Source: Marinicella sp. (GTDB lineage Bacteria > Pseudomonadota > Gammaproteobacteria > Xanthomonadales > Marinicellaceae). Taken from it: DNA of 64,000 bases. Below are positions 22,388 to 33,000 of this stretch, one piece after another. Each line of letters starts with the position of its first letter. Position 1 is the first letter of the stretch. The notes below the pieces were generated by a model, which saw only the letters and a list, made by a program, of their open reading frames with translations, did not search any database and had not been told where the DNA came from. The stretch is taken from positions 448,001 through 512,000 of the forward strand of contig OZ246001.1 in NCBI GenBank assembly GCA_965230295.1, written 5' to 3'. The translations under genes and the position numbers were made by a program.

Positions 22388-25300
22388 TTAAGATTTTTTA
22401 TTGATGGCCATCTGGTATTTCTTCGGTGTCATGCCATATTTCTTTTTAAAACAAGCCGCAAAATAAGACACTGAGCTGAAGCCACATTCATCAACCACCA
22501 AAGAAACCTGGAAACCATCAGACAGTTTCTTGGCAGCCATTTCTATGCGGTAATCACGCAACAGATTCATGGGGCTGTCATCAATCAAAGCTTTGACCTT
22601 GCGCTGCAATTGCCTTTCACTGACATTCATTTCACGGGCCAATTGCGGACGCATGAACAAGATGTCATGGTAATTGTCAGCAATCACCGATTTCAACTTA
22701 TTGACAAATTTCAGGTCTTGTTTGGGTAGATCCAATGATTCTGTGGTACCAGATACAGTTAAACTGGCATGGGTTTTTTGTTGTAAAATTTTCCTGACGT
22801 TCAAAATCGCATTCAAAGTGGCATGCAACTCTTTACCATCAAACGGTTTGGTCAGATAAACATCAATGTTTTCACGCCAACCTTTGATTCGGCTTTCTTT
22901 GGTATTCAATGCTGTTAACAAAATGATAGGTATGTGAGAGGTTTTGGCATCATTACGCAGAATTCTTGTCACTTGAAAACCATCCATCTCAGGCATCATC
23001 ACATCACAAAGGACGATGTCAGGCATTTCCTTCAATGCAATGGCGATACCTGCCCTGCCTCGATCTGCAAACAGACACTGGTATTTATCTTGCAGGACTT
23101 CCCCCACATGGTTCCTCATATCCAGGTTGTCTTCAATGATCAAAAGTTTAACGGCTGCATTCCTTTTTCGGGTACTCGTCGGTAAGTTGTCCTCAATCAA
23201 TTCATTGCTGGTATTCTCAACCATGTCTTGTACCACTGTTGATTCATGGCTTTCGCTTTCCTGCCACGCTGCAATGGGCATGGTTATGGTGAATGTACTG
23301 CCCTTACCCAACTCACTGTCAAGATGAACTTGTCCGCCGTTGGCCATGGTAATTTCTTTGACCACTGCCAAACCGATACCTGTCCCTTGTATGTTGCGGT
23401 GCGTATCCAATCGTGTGAAGCGATCAAATACAGCTGCCTGATCTTTATCAGCAATGCCACCACCAGAATCTTTAACAGTGATGATCACCTGCTTGTCATG
23501 ATCATGACTGGACAGTAAAACTCGACCACCCAATGAAGTAAATTTGATGGCATTAGACAGTAAGTTACCTATCACCATTTCCAAAAATTCAGCTGTGGCA
23601 TAGATGTGTGCTGATGATTGATTATCGACTTGAAGGTCAATGTTCTTAGCCTCTGCCAACATATGGTATGACTCATACAACATATTCAACACTGGCCTGA
23701 CATCTTGACTTTCTCTGACCACGGCCTTTTCCTGTTCCACTTCAGAAAGCTTCAAAATTTGTCCCACCATCACCAGCAAGCGGTTGGCATTGCGTTTGAT
23801 CATGTTCAATTTTGACTTATGTGGATACAAGTCGTTATCGTTCAACAATTGTTCTGCTGGCCCTTTGATCAAAGCCAACGGCGTTTTGAACTCATGGGTG
23901 ACGTTGGCAAACAATTCATTTTTGTGATTCAACAGAGACTCAACCATCTGTTTTTGGGTTTTTAGTTCCTGGGTACGTTCATTAACCACCGCTTCCAATT
24001 CCACCGCACGTTTCCTGATCGCAGTGGTGCGATACCGGATAAAACTGAAGATGCCAATCACAGTTGCCAATGCATACAATGCATAAGCCCAAAGAGAAAA
24101 CCAGGGCGCAGGCCTTACTGAAATAACCAAGGATTTGGGGGGGTCTGACCATACCCCATCCTTGTTGGCAGCTTTAACCTCGAAGGTGTATTTGCCAGGC
24201 TTGAGGTTGGTATAGGTGGCTTTTCGATCTGAACCTGAAACGATCGTCCAATCATTGTTAAAATTAACCAATCGATAGGCCATTTTTAAACCTTCTGATT
24301 CCACATAAGCTGTGGATGAAAATTCAATGGACGTAGACAGGTCTAAGTGATTCAATTGTAAGCCACCTAATTCATTGATGGATTGATTGAGTTTGTAGCC
24401 TCCGGCCGTGCTCTCTCCAATTGAAAGCCTATCGTTCATTTGAGCAAGTCCAACCAACAATACATCAGGTGATTGATTGACCAAATCTATTGTTTCCGGG
24501 ATAAAGCTGTTAAAGCCCCTGCTTCCTCCAAAATACAATTGACCTTCTTGATCTTTATGGCTTGATCCAATTTTAAATGACTGGCTTTGCAATCCATCGT
24601 ATTCATGGAATTGAGTTGCTGTTGATGTATTCGGATTCAGGTACCAAATCCCATGAGAACCAGAGAACCATAAATTTCCGAACGAGTCCTCTAAAATTGC
24701 TGACATGGTGAATTGTGTATGGTCTGATGAAAACAATGCTGTCTCATCATTGATTTCCCGATTGTCTTTGATCCGATACACTTTCTGATCATCAACTGAT
24801 AACCAAATGTCAGTATCCAATACTTTCAATGCCGTCACCAAGCCAAAATCGACTTCATCAAAGAAACTCATATCATAAGCCCTTAATTGATAGGCATCAT
24901 CCATAACTGTCAAGCCATTGTTGCCATACAACAACCATTCGGAAGCCGTGAATTTTTCAACGCCATAATACAATGCACTTGAATACTGTTTTTTTTCAGA
25001 GGCAATTTCCGAGAGTTGTTTGTTTGTGATGTTGTATATAAACAAACCACTGTTGGTGCCAATTAATAACTCAAACTGACCAACAAAACTGATGAATGTA
25101 ATCCCATCAATCATGGTTTGATTGAGGTGATTTTCAAATGTGTTTTCCGATACGTCGAGGCGATCTAAACCCTGGGTTGAAGCCACCCACAAAAAACCAC
25201 CTGTGTCTTGTTTGATTGATTTAATGAAGTTGCCAGTAAGTCCATTGTTTTCATCATATAACTGACATGCTTTGGTGGCTTGATTGACCTGAACTAAACC

Positions 25301-26371
25301 TTTCTCGGTACCCACCCACAAATTTTCCGCTTGGCTGAAAAACGCATTGACAACATCGCTTTGAGTACAGTGAAACCCTTTTGAGAACTTATTTTTCCAG
25401 TTAAAGTTTAAAACATTCTCATAAAAATAAACCAATCCATTCTCGAACGTGCCAACCCAAATGACATTCATAGCGTCTTTAAACAAAGCAAAAACATGAT
25501 TGATTGGTGCCGAATTCATATCGTCTGTATTTTGATTGATCCTGGTGATGGTTTGGTCATTCAAATCAAAACGAATGAGTCCATTTTCAATAGTACCAAG
25601 CCACAGTTTGTCATCGTCTGCTAATAAACGCTTGATATTGAAGCCTAACAAATCATCACTGAAAACCTCGAAACACATACAATTGTGATCCAATTGAAAA
25701 AGACCGCCTGTCGTTGCCAACAATAACTGACCATTCAATTCCAATAATTGGTTATTTTTGAGTTTGTTCTGAGTAAGACTGTTAGGGATTTTAACTTTCG
25801 CGTGGCCCTTTGGGTCAACCTTAAAAACCTCTTGCCTGGCCATATAAGTTAAAGTTTTATCGTATATGATCAGATCTTCAACCGGGCCTGAGTTGTTATG
25901 ATTTTGAACTGACAGATCAGTTAAGTTGATCTGCCATACGCCACTCTCTGCAGCCACCCAAAGTGAATCATTTTCAACCAATAAATCATGGACTGTACGG
26001 AGGTCTATACCAGCATTCTTTATGGGAATTGCAGTCAATTTACCAGCAAAATGGGCAAACAAACCATCACCACCTGTTCCCACCCAAACCCTATCAGAGT
26101 TGTCTTGGACGACCACCCGAACATCCTTCAGAGACATCCTTTGTTCATCCTTGATTGTACTTATCTTTATGCCATCATAAATTTGCAAACCACCATAGGA
26201 TCCGATCCAAATTAAACCCGCAGTGTCCTGGTAAATGGTTCTGATAAAATGACTACTCAAGTGATCTTGAGTAGACAATTGATTGAAGTGTTTGGCCTCG
26301 AGATCTGATATCGCTATACTAAAAAATAATGCTATTATCACAACTCCGTATGATGGCGGCGTGCTATTCAA
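22388..26371 (-). CDS. hybrid two-component sensor/regulator (beta-propeller + Y_Y_Y + HisKA + HATPase + REC + AraC)
   Basis: Repeated D..G.lWvGT..GL blades, YTNLKPGKYTFEVKA, TM helix, THEFKTPL, GTGIGL, DVMMPEMDG, GFSSVSYF..FKK.YGMTP. Confidence 0.92.
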   Translation of the reverse strand: MNSTPPSYGVVIIALFFSIAISDLEAKHFNQLSTQDHLSSHFIRTIYQDTAGLIWIGSYGGLQIYDGIKISTIKDEQRMSLKDVRVVVQDNSDRVWVGTGGDGLFAHFAGKLTAIPIKNAGIDLRTVHDLLVENDSLWVAAESGVWQINLTDLSVQNHNNSGPVEDLIIYDKTLTYMARQEVFKVDPKGHAKVKIPNSLTQNKLKNNQLLELNGQLLLATTGGLFQLDHNCMCFEVFSDDLLGFNIKRLLADDDKLWLGTIENGLIRFDLNDQTITRINQNTDDMNSAPINHVFALFKDAMNVIWVGTFENGLVYFYENVLNFNWKNKFSKGFHCTQSDVVNAFFSQAENLWVGTEKGLVQVNQATKACQLYDENNGLTGNFIKSIKQDTGGFLWVASTQGLDRLDVSENTFENHLNQTMIDGITFISFVGQFELLIGTNSGLFIYNITNKQLSEIASEKKQYSSALYYGVEKFTASEWLLYGNNGLTVMDDAYQLRAYDMSFFDEVDFGLVTALKVLDTDIWLSVDDQKVYRIKDNREINDETALFSSDHTQFTMSAILEDSFGNLWFSGSHGIWYLNPNTSTATQFHEYDGLQSQSFKIGSSHKDQEGQLYFGGSRGFNSFIPETIDLVNQSPDVLLVGLAQMNDRLSIGESTAGGYKLNQSINELGGLQLNHLDLSTSIEFSSTAYVESEGLKMAYRLVNFNNDWTIVSGSDRKATYTNLKPGKYTFEVKAANKDGVWSDPPKSLVISVRPAPWFSLWAYALYALATVIGIFSFIRYRTTAIRKRAVELEAVVNERTQELKTQKQMVESLLNHKNELFANVTHEFKTPLALIKGPAEQLLNDNDLYPHKSKLNMIKRNANRLLVMVGQILKLSEVEQEKAVVRESQDVRPVLNMLYESYHMLAEAKNIDLQVDNQSSAHIYATAEFLEMVIGNLLSNAIKFTSLGGRVLLSSHDHDKQVIITVKDSGGGIADKDQAAVFDRFTRLDTHRNIQGTGIGLAVVKEITMANGGQVHLDSELGKGSTFTITMPIAAWQESESHESTVVQDMVENTSNELIEDNLPTSTRKRNAAVKLLIIEDNLDMRNHVGEVLQDKYQCLFADRGRAGIAIALKEMPDIVLCDVMMPEMDGFQVTRILRNDAKTSHIPIILLTALNTKESRIKGWRENIDVYLTKPFDGKELHATLNAILNVRKILQQKTHASLTVSGTTESLDLPKQDLKFVNKLKSVIADNYHDILFMRPQLAREMNVSERQLQRKVKALIDDSPMNLLRDYRIEMAAKKLSDGFQVSLVVDECGFSSVSYFAACFKKKYGMTPKKYQMAINKKS

Positions 26372-26433
26372 AAACTAATTCAATTGATGTTTAAATGTGC
26401 ATTATATTACCTTTTTGATATCAAGTATCAACA

Positions 26434-26817
26434 TCAATGATTGGGTTCATCAATATTCAAAGAAGTAATGATACAGTCGGTAGGTGACCCTGATCCATGA
26501 TGATTCGGTACGGATACTATAGTAGGCGGGTACAATTGATCATGCAAATTTTGACATGAAGCGGTTTCCACTAACATCTCAAGTTTTTCTTCTTCGGGCA
26601 AGACAAAATTGGCTATTTTCCTTTCTTGATTGATATCAAACATCGTTTTATATACACCACCATCTTTAATTGATGAAGAATATACAGAGCCCCTGATTGT
26701 TATAACAGCATATGTATAGCCGTTGTGTTTACAACTTTTATCATAAAATCCTGCAGAATAAGCCTTTGAAAAACTCAATATGCCAAGAACAACAAACGTT
26801 AATACTATTTTTTTCAT
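26434..26817 (-). CDS. small secreted hypothetical protein
   Basis: MKKIVLTF signal peptide, AGGGAG RBS, AT-rich; directly upstream of the hybrid sensor. Confidence 0.7.
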   Translation of the reverse strand: MKKIVLTFVVLGILSFSKAYSAGFYDKSCKHNGYTYAVITIRGSVYSSSIKDGGVYKTMFDINQERKIANFVLPEEEKLEMLVETASCQNLHDQLYPPTIVSVPNHHGSGSPTDCIITSLNIDEPNH

Positions 26818-26949
26818 TTTACACACGCTCCCTAAAATTTCATTTTCGAGTAAAATCCAATTTCTGAATGTAGTTAACTGCAGATTAAGGCATGGCCACA
26901 TACAATGTCCTTAATTATGCAACTGGTTAAGTAGTTTACTAGTAGCTGG

Positions 26950-26988
26950 CACAAAATTATTGGTTTCTGTCACAAAATTATGGTTTTC
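26950..26988. promoter_or_regulatory. direct repeat with 21-bp period, putative AraC/HTCS operator
   Basis: CACAAAATTAT at 26950 and 26971, both followed by (T)GGTTT. Confidence 0.55.
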
Positions 26989-27105
26989 TTTTGAACAAGG
27001 CCAGTTTTCAGGTAATAAAGGAATGTCCTTGGAACTTCATTCACTTTGAAAGCGGCCACGGCTTGATACCTCGGACGAGCTGATCATCAGCTCTCCCATG
27101 AACTC

Positions 27106-27546
27106 TTAAGTGTTTTGGTGATACCCGGGTATCTGCTCTAAGGCATTCTTACTTCGTACAAACACACCATTTCCACGACCAATTTCTTTGCCATCAGCGT
27201 TATAGACCACTGATTCTGCGATGATTTGGCTGCGGTTTTGATTAACGATTTTACCCACCGCCCGCATTTGTCCTTCACTGACCGGTCGGGTGAGGTAAGT
27301 GGTGAAGCTGGTGGTGAGCATGAAATGTTTTTCTTCTACGGAATTCGCTGCAAAATAAGCCGCATCATCCAGCATTTTGAAATAGACCGAGCCATGAACG
27401 GCCCCTGCTGCATGGTGATAATCGGGTTTCAAATCGATGACAATTTCTGCTGTTTTGTGGCTGACTGAAATGGCAGGTTTGAATAAGTGGTTGAATGGTG
27501 CAGATGAATACATCCGTTCCAACCGTTCATAGTGGTTTTTATTCAT
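27106..27546 (-). CDS. PaaI family thioesterase (hotdog fold)
   Basis: HHAAGAVHGSVYFKMLDDA. Confidence 0.88.
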   Translation of the reverse strand: MNKNHYERLERMYSSAPFNHLFKPAISVSHKTAEIVIDLKPDYHHAAGAVHGSVYFKMLDDAAYFAANSVEEKHFMLTTSFTTYLTRPVSEGQMRAVGKIVNQNRSQIIAESVVYNADGKEIGRGNGVFVRSKNALEQIPGYHQNT

Positions 27547-27622
27547 TTAATTTAATCCTTGGCTATTTATTTTTAATCACCTGACTTATTATAATGGCGT
27601 ATTGTTCAATTCAACGAATCCC

Positions 27623-28387
27623 ATGAAATTTTTGGTCAGTAATGATGATGGCGTCAATGCCAAAGGAATAAAAATTTTGGCTGAAATGCTAAAAGACCTT
27701 GGTGAGGTGGTGGTGTTTGCACCCAACCGTGATCGTTCAGGTGCCAGTAACTCTTTGACTCTAGATCGCCCCATTCGGGTCGAAAAAGTTTCCGGTGATG
27801 TCTTCAGTGTATATGGCACCCCGACTGACTGTGTCCATCTGGCCCTCACCGGCGTGTTGGACAATGAACCTGACATGGTCATTTCCGGCATCAACAATGC
27901 GGCCAACCTGGGTGATGATGTGCTCTACTCTGGGACAGTGGCAGCTGCCATTGAAGGTCGGTATCTGGGCTTGCCAGCCATTGCGGTTTCCATTGTATTG
28001 GACTCTGTCAAAGAAAACCGTCGACCACGAGATTTTCATACCGTCACCCACTTTCTGAAAAAGATCATTCAGCATGTGATCATGCATCCCTTGCCTAAAG
28101 ACACCATATTGAATGTTAATGTGCCTAATTTACCGATCAATGAAATTAAGGGCATGAAAATCACCCGCTTGGGGTACCGCCACAAAGCGGAAAACGCCAT
28201 TCCTATCAGAGACCCGCGCGGATTCAAGATGTACTGGATAGGACCTGCTGGACCCGAAGCGGATGCCGGTGAAGGCACTGATTTCCACGCAGTAAAAAAT
28301 GGCTATGTCTCGATATCTCCCATGCAAACTGATATGACCAAGCATGACTTTATTGACGATTTAGCCACCTGGGCCAAAACCATATGA
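27623..28387 (+). CDS. surE: 5'/3'-nucleotidase SurE
   Basis: LVSNDDG, SGASNSLTL, GTPTDCV, SGIN, YSGTVAAA. Confidence 0.96.
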   Translation: MKFLVSNDDGVNAKGIKILAEMLKDLGEVVVFAPNRDRSGASNSLTLDRPIRVEKVSGDVFSVYGTPTDCVHLALTGVLDNEPDMVISGINNAANLGDDVLYSGTVAAAIEGRYLGLPAIAVSIVLDSVKENRRPRDFHTVTHFLKKIIQHVIMHPLPKDTILNVNVPNLPINEIKGMKITRLGYRHKAENAIPIRDPRGFKMYWIGPAGPEADAGEGTDFHAVKNGYVSISPMQTDMTKHDFIDDLATWAKTI

Positions 28388-29040
28388 ATTCAGCGGGTAT
28401 TGGCATGACTTCAAACCGCACGCGACAACGCATGATTGATCGTTTGCGGATGCGCGGCATTGGTGACGAACGCGTATTGATGGCCATGGCACAGGTACCC
28501 AGGCATTTATTCATTGATGAAGCTTTGGCACACCGCGCTTATGAAGACAACGCGCTGCCGATCAAATTCGGCCAAACCATTTCTCAACCTTATGTGGTCG
28601 CTCGGATGACTGAAGAAGTGATCAAACACCAGCACCCTGTTAAAGTACTGGAACTGGGCACAGGATCAGGGTATCAGGCGGCAGTATTAAGCCACTTGGT
28701 TGACCAAGTCTTCAGCATCGAGCGCATTGACAAACTCACCCGCAGTGCCAGACGCCTGTTCATTAAATTGGGCTATCGCAACATCCGCTGTAAAACGGGC
28801 GATGGCTATCAAGGGTGGCCAAATGAAGCCCTTTTCGACATCATCATTTGTACGGCTGCCCCTGAACAAATCCCGTTTGATCTACTGGACCAACTCGAAG
28901 TGGGTGGTAAAATGATTCTGCCTGTGGGTGATCACAGGAAACAAAAACTGGTTGCGATTGTCAAACAAGAACATGGTTATCAGGAAGAGATGTTGGGTGA
29001 TGTTATTTTTGTTCCGTTGTTAGAAGGGGTGGTGCGCTGA
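28384..29040 (+). CDS. pcm: protein-L-isoaspartate O-methyltransferase
   Basis: GQTISQPY, VLELGTGSGYQAA; surE-pcm-nlpD order. Confidence 0.96.
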   Translation: MNSAGIGMTSNRTRQRMIDRLRMRGIGDERVLMAMAQVPRHLFIDEALAHRAYEDNALPIKFGQTISQPYVVARMTEEVIKHQHPVKVLELGTGSGYQAAVLSHLVDQVFSIERIDKLTRSARRLFIKLGYRNIRCKTGDGYQGWPNEALFDIIICTAAPEQIPFDLLDQLEVGGKMILPVGDHRKQKLVAIVKQEHGYQEEMLGDVIFVPLLEGVVR

Positions 29041-29970
29041 ATGCACAAGTTATTGATCATTCTTATAGTCTGCTCATTGGTTGCTTGCTCACCCAGACGA
29101 CCTGCCAAAGTCGATGAAGTGGGTAACAAACCGCACCGCAGCCAAACCAAATCCAACTCCAGACACCCGGTCAGAAAAACCCGAAAAACCACTCACAAAG
29201 TGGTCAAAGGCGATTCCTTGTATTCCATCGGGTTTCGTTATCAGAAAGATTATAAAACCCTGGCAGCCATCAACAACATCAAACCGCCTTACCGGATTTA
29301 CCCTGATCAAATCATTAAATTAACCGGTACAGCACCCAACAAAGTGGTGTTTAAACCCAACCAATCGAACAATAAACAAACCGTTTCCAAAGGGGTTCAG
29401 ACCAAGCCCATGGTCAGCACCCAACCCGTGGTCGCGAAAAAAGAACCACCCCAACCCAACAAGACCAAGAACACCCCCAACACCAACACACAGGCCACAG
29501 TTGCTAAACCGAATAACAAACCAACAACCAATTCAACAGCAAATAAACCGGTCAAAAAGCCTGCCAGAAAACCTGTTACAGTCGCCACTCCAAACAACAA
29601 TAACCTGAAATGGTTGTGGCCAACAAAAGGTAAAATCAGAACCACCTTCTTGGCCAGTAACCCGGCGCGCAAAGGCATTTCTATTGGCGGCAACGAAGGA
29701 CAACCCGTCAAAGCAGCTGAAGCGGGTGTGGTGGTCTACAGTGGCAGTGGCCTACTCGGTTATGGTGAGTTGGTGATCATCAAACACAACGAACAATACC
29801 TCAGTGCCTATGGTCACAACAAAAGTCTAAAAGTCAAAGAAGGCCAGGCAGTCAACCGCGGCCAGGTGATTGCGGAATTGGGTTCATCTGGCACCAACGT
29901 CAACAATTTACATTTTGAGATACGCAAAAACGGCAAGCCTGTTAATCCCTTAAATTACGTTAAACCCTAA
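29041..29970 (+). CDS. nlpD: LysM/M23 lipoprotein NlpD
   Basis: Lipobox LVAC, LysM domain, low-complexity linker, LSAYGHN and LHFEIR. Confidence 0.92.
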   Translation: MHKLLIILIVCSLVACSPRRPAKVDEVGNKPHRSQTKSNSRHPVRKTRKTTHKVVKGDSLYSIGFRYQKDYKTLAAINNIKPPYRIYPDQIIKLTGTAPNKVVFKPNQSNNKQTVSKGVQTKPMVSTQPVVAKKEPPQPNKTKNTPNTNTQATVAKPNNKPTTNSTANKPVKKPARKPVTVATPNNNNLKWLWPTKGKIRTTFLASNPARKGISIGGNEGQPVKAAEAGVVVYSGSGLLGYGELVIIKHNEQYLSAYGHNKSLKVKEGQAVNRGQVIAELGSSGTNVNNLHFEIRKNGKPVNPLNYVKP

Positions 29971-30089
29971 TCCCGCTATCACTGTATTCCGCCAAAGCAG
30001 CTTAGGATAATCCAACAAATCATTTACTTACGAATGCGGTCGTATTAAACTGTTTCGTTGAGGTCATTTAAAACCTGATCAGTATATTG

Positions 30090-33000
30090 ATGTTTAACAT
30101 TCAGCAAACCAAACCCCAAAAGTGGAGCAGACACTGTTTCTTGTGGCTTACTGTGTTATTAACCGCCACATCATCTTGGGCTGGTATCAAGCCCAGCGGC
30201 CACCCAAATTTCCTCAGCCCGCACTCAAATCCCATAGTCTTGCATAATAACAAACTGTTTGTTGCCAACACCGCCAATGACACCGTAGATGTCATTGACA
30301 CAAATAACCGGCAACTGGTCAAACAAATCAATGTAGGCATCGATCCTGTGGGACTGGCAATCAGACCAGATGGATCACAAGTATGGGTGTCAAACCATGT
30401 TTCAGACTCCATCAGCATCATTGACAACAACCCCGAAAGTCCGAGCTATTTAGTCGTTGTTGCAACCCTGCAGGACTTTGACCCCAACACCAAAGCCACT
30501 CGATTTGATGAACCGGTTGGATTGGCTTTTGCTTCCAATGACAAGGCTTATGTGGCGTTGTCATCTGAAAATCAAGTGGCAGTGGTTGATACACACACTT
30601 ATCAAATCACCAAGAGATTGAACATCACGGCGCAAGACCCCAGAGCCCTTTATGTCAAAAACAATCGCTTGTATGTCATCCCATTTGAATCCAATAATCA
30701 AACTCAGATTTCTGGTTGTGTGGGTGCAATCAGCGGTGGGTTGTGCACCTTTGATGCCACCGAACATGTGGTGACTAATAACAATGTCTTGTCACAAAAC
30801 ATTGTGGTGGATGTGATCAAACACCCAGCTGTTCCGGATCGGGATTTATTTATTTATGACACCAACAATGACCAGCTGATTACCACTGTTAGCGCAGTTG
30901 GCACCTTACTATATGGCATTGCAGTTAATTCTCAGGGGCAGGTCTATGTGACCCAAACCGATGCAAGAAATGACGCCAATGGGGCCACCGGCACATTGGG
31001 AGATGGCTTGCAACAAATGGGCAATCGGGCTTTTTTGAACCAAGTAACAACCATCAATTGTGCTGAAACAAGTTGTCAAGCACCTCAATTCATTGACCTT
31101 GAGCCATTGCCACCTGAAAACCCTGCAAGCGGACAAGCATTGGCAACACCCTTTGCCATTCAAATCAGCAACGATGAAAAGATTTTGGTCATCACCGCAG
31201 CCAGCTCGAACCAGTTGGTAATGCTGGATGCCAGTAACCAACAGATCATCAGCCGGATCGAAGTCGGCAAAGTACCCAGAGGGATTGCTCTGGAACACAA
31301 CAGTGACAACCAATTAACCACTGCCTGGGTTTTGAATGCCGTCGCCAATTCTGTCTCACAGGTAGATATCAGCTCACCACAAAACCCCTTGTTAATCAAC
31401 ACCATCCTATTGGAAGACCCCACCCATCCAGATGTCAAAAAAGGGCGCATGGCATTCAATGATGCCAAGGCATCGACCACAGAAACTTTTGCTTGTGAAA
31501 GCTGTCACCCTGATGGGGGCACAGACCAACTTTTGTGGGTATTGGATACCCCTGTTTGTAATTTACCCGGCTGTGATCAAATTCCGCCTCGCATCACCAT
31601 GCCAATCAGGGGGTTGCGTGACACTGCACCTTACCATTGGGATGGCATACCTGGGGATCCATATGGAGGCATCAACACGGCCAGCATCAATGCCATTACA
31701 CCAGCAAATTGTTCATTGGACGACCCGCAAAGCTGTACGCGTAACCTGGTAGATGGTGGTCTGGCATCAACCATGTGTACAGTCGGCGATTGTCCAACCA
31801 ATGACGAGCATAAAGCCGGCGCATTGGACGCTGAAGACCGTGATGCCATGGCCAAGTTTTTACTCAGCGTACCCTATCCTCCTGCACTTCGACGTGCTTA
31901 TGACAATGTACTCAGCACCACAGCAAAAACCGGTTTCAATTTATTTCATATTCAAGGCGATAACCAAGGCAATCCGACACCGAATGTTTGTGGAGATTGT
32001 CATCGAATGCCATTTTGGGTCAGTACCAACACAGCCGGTACAGGTATGGAAGCTCCAACATGGCGAGGTGCTTATGACCGGTGGCTGATCCTGCCGCAAG
32101 GCCGATTGAATATCATTGATTTTAATTTTTTCGAGCCACTGACACGTTTGGGCATTCCAGAGGAACGAATGTGGCGACTCTCCTGGGCTAACAGAGCGAG
32201 GTTTAATCCCGTTTGGAATATGGTGACTGAAGGCAGTACTGGGTTTTCAGGTGCTTTTGCCAGACAAATTCCACTGAACAGTAACGCTGTCACTGACAAT
32301 TTGACCATTGACTTATTTCAAGCTCTGGAAGGCGCCGCCCAAGAAGGCGGTGTTTTACTCCAAGGCAGTGGCGTGTGGATTGAACCAACACAATCAACCC
32401 CTGTTGAGATTGAGTACTTCGCTGATAAATATTGGCTTTCTGATCATGACACACCACATTCCAGATCTGAATTGATCACTATGGTGACTCAAGGGCAACT
32501 CATCGGTACCCTAACGGCCAGATTGGGACAGCATGTTGACGTCGATCACCCACAACCCGCATTGTGGACTTTAGGTAGCATGCACCTACAAAGGGGCCAA
32601 CAACGATTTCCAACCATTGAATCAGGTTCAACCCGCCTATTCTTGAGTGGTCGGCATGTCTCACCAGCAGCCCACATTGTCATTGATGGCAAGAGATTTC
32701 CTGGCATCATAAGTTGTGCTGCATCAGGCCGCTTGCCCAACTGTCAAAATGAAACCATTGAAATAAAACTGGCATATTTACCTGAAAATTCAGGACAACA
32801 TTTTTTACAAGTACAAAACCCAGATGGCCTTTTCAGCAACGATTTCATTTTTAATACCCTTCAAAATGGACAAGGTATGCCAAATTTGGACCTGAGTGGC
32901 CCCTGGTTCAACAGCGAACAAAATGGACATGGTTGGTATCTTGAGTTACTGGAACCACTGAATCCTGATGAACCACAGCGCTTATTGGCTTATTGGTACA

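Noticed and set aside
27076-27092. GAGCTGATCATCAGCTC palindrome
   Set aside because: Single copy just downstream of the thioesterase stop; cannot distinguish a terminator-like hairpin from an operator.
29970-30090. rpoS absent after surE-pcm-nlpD
   Set aside because: Xanthomonadales-like lineages lack rpoS at this position, so this is not surprising.
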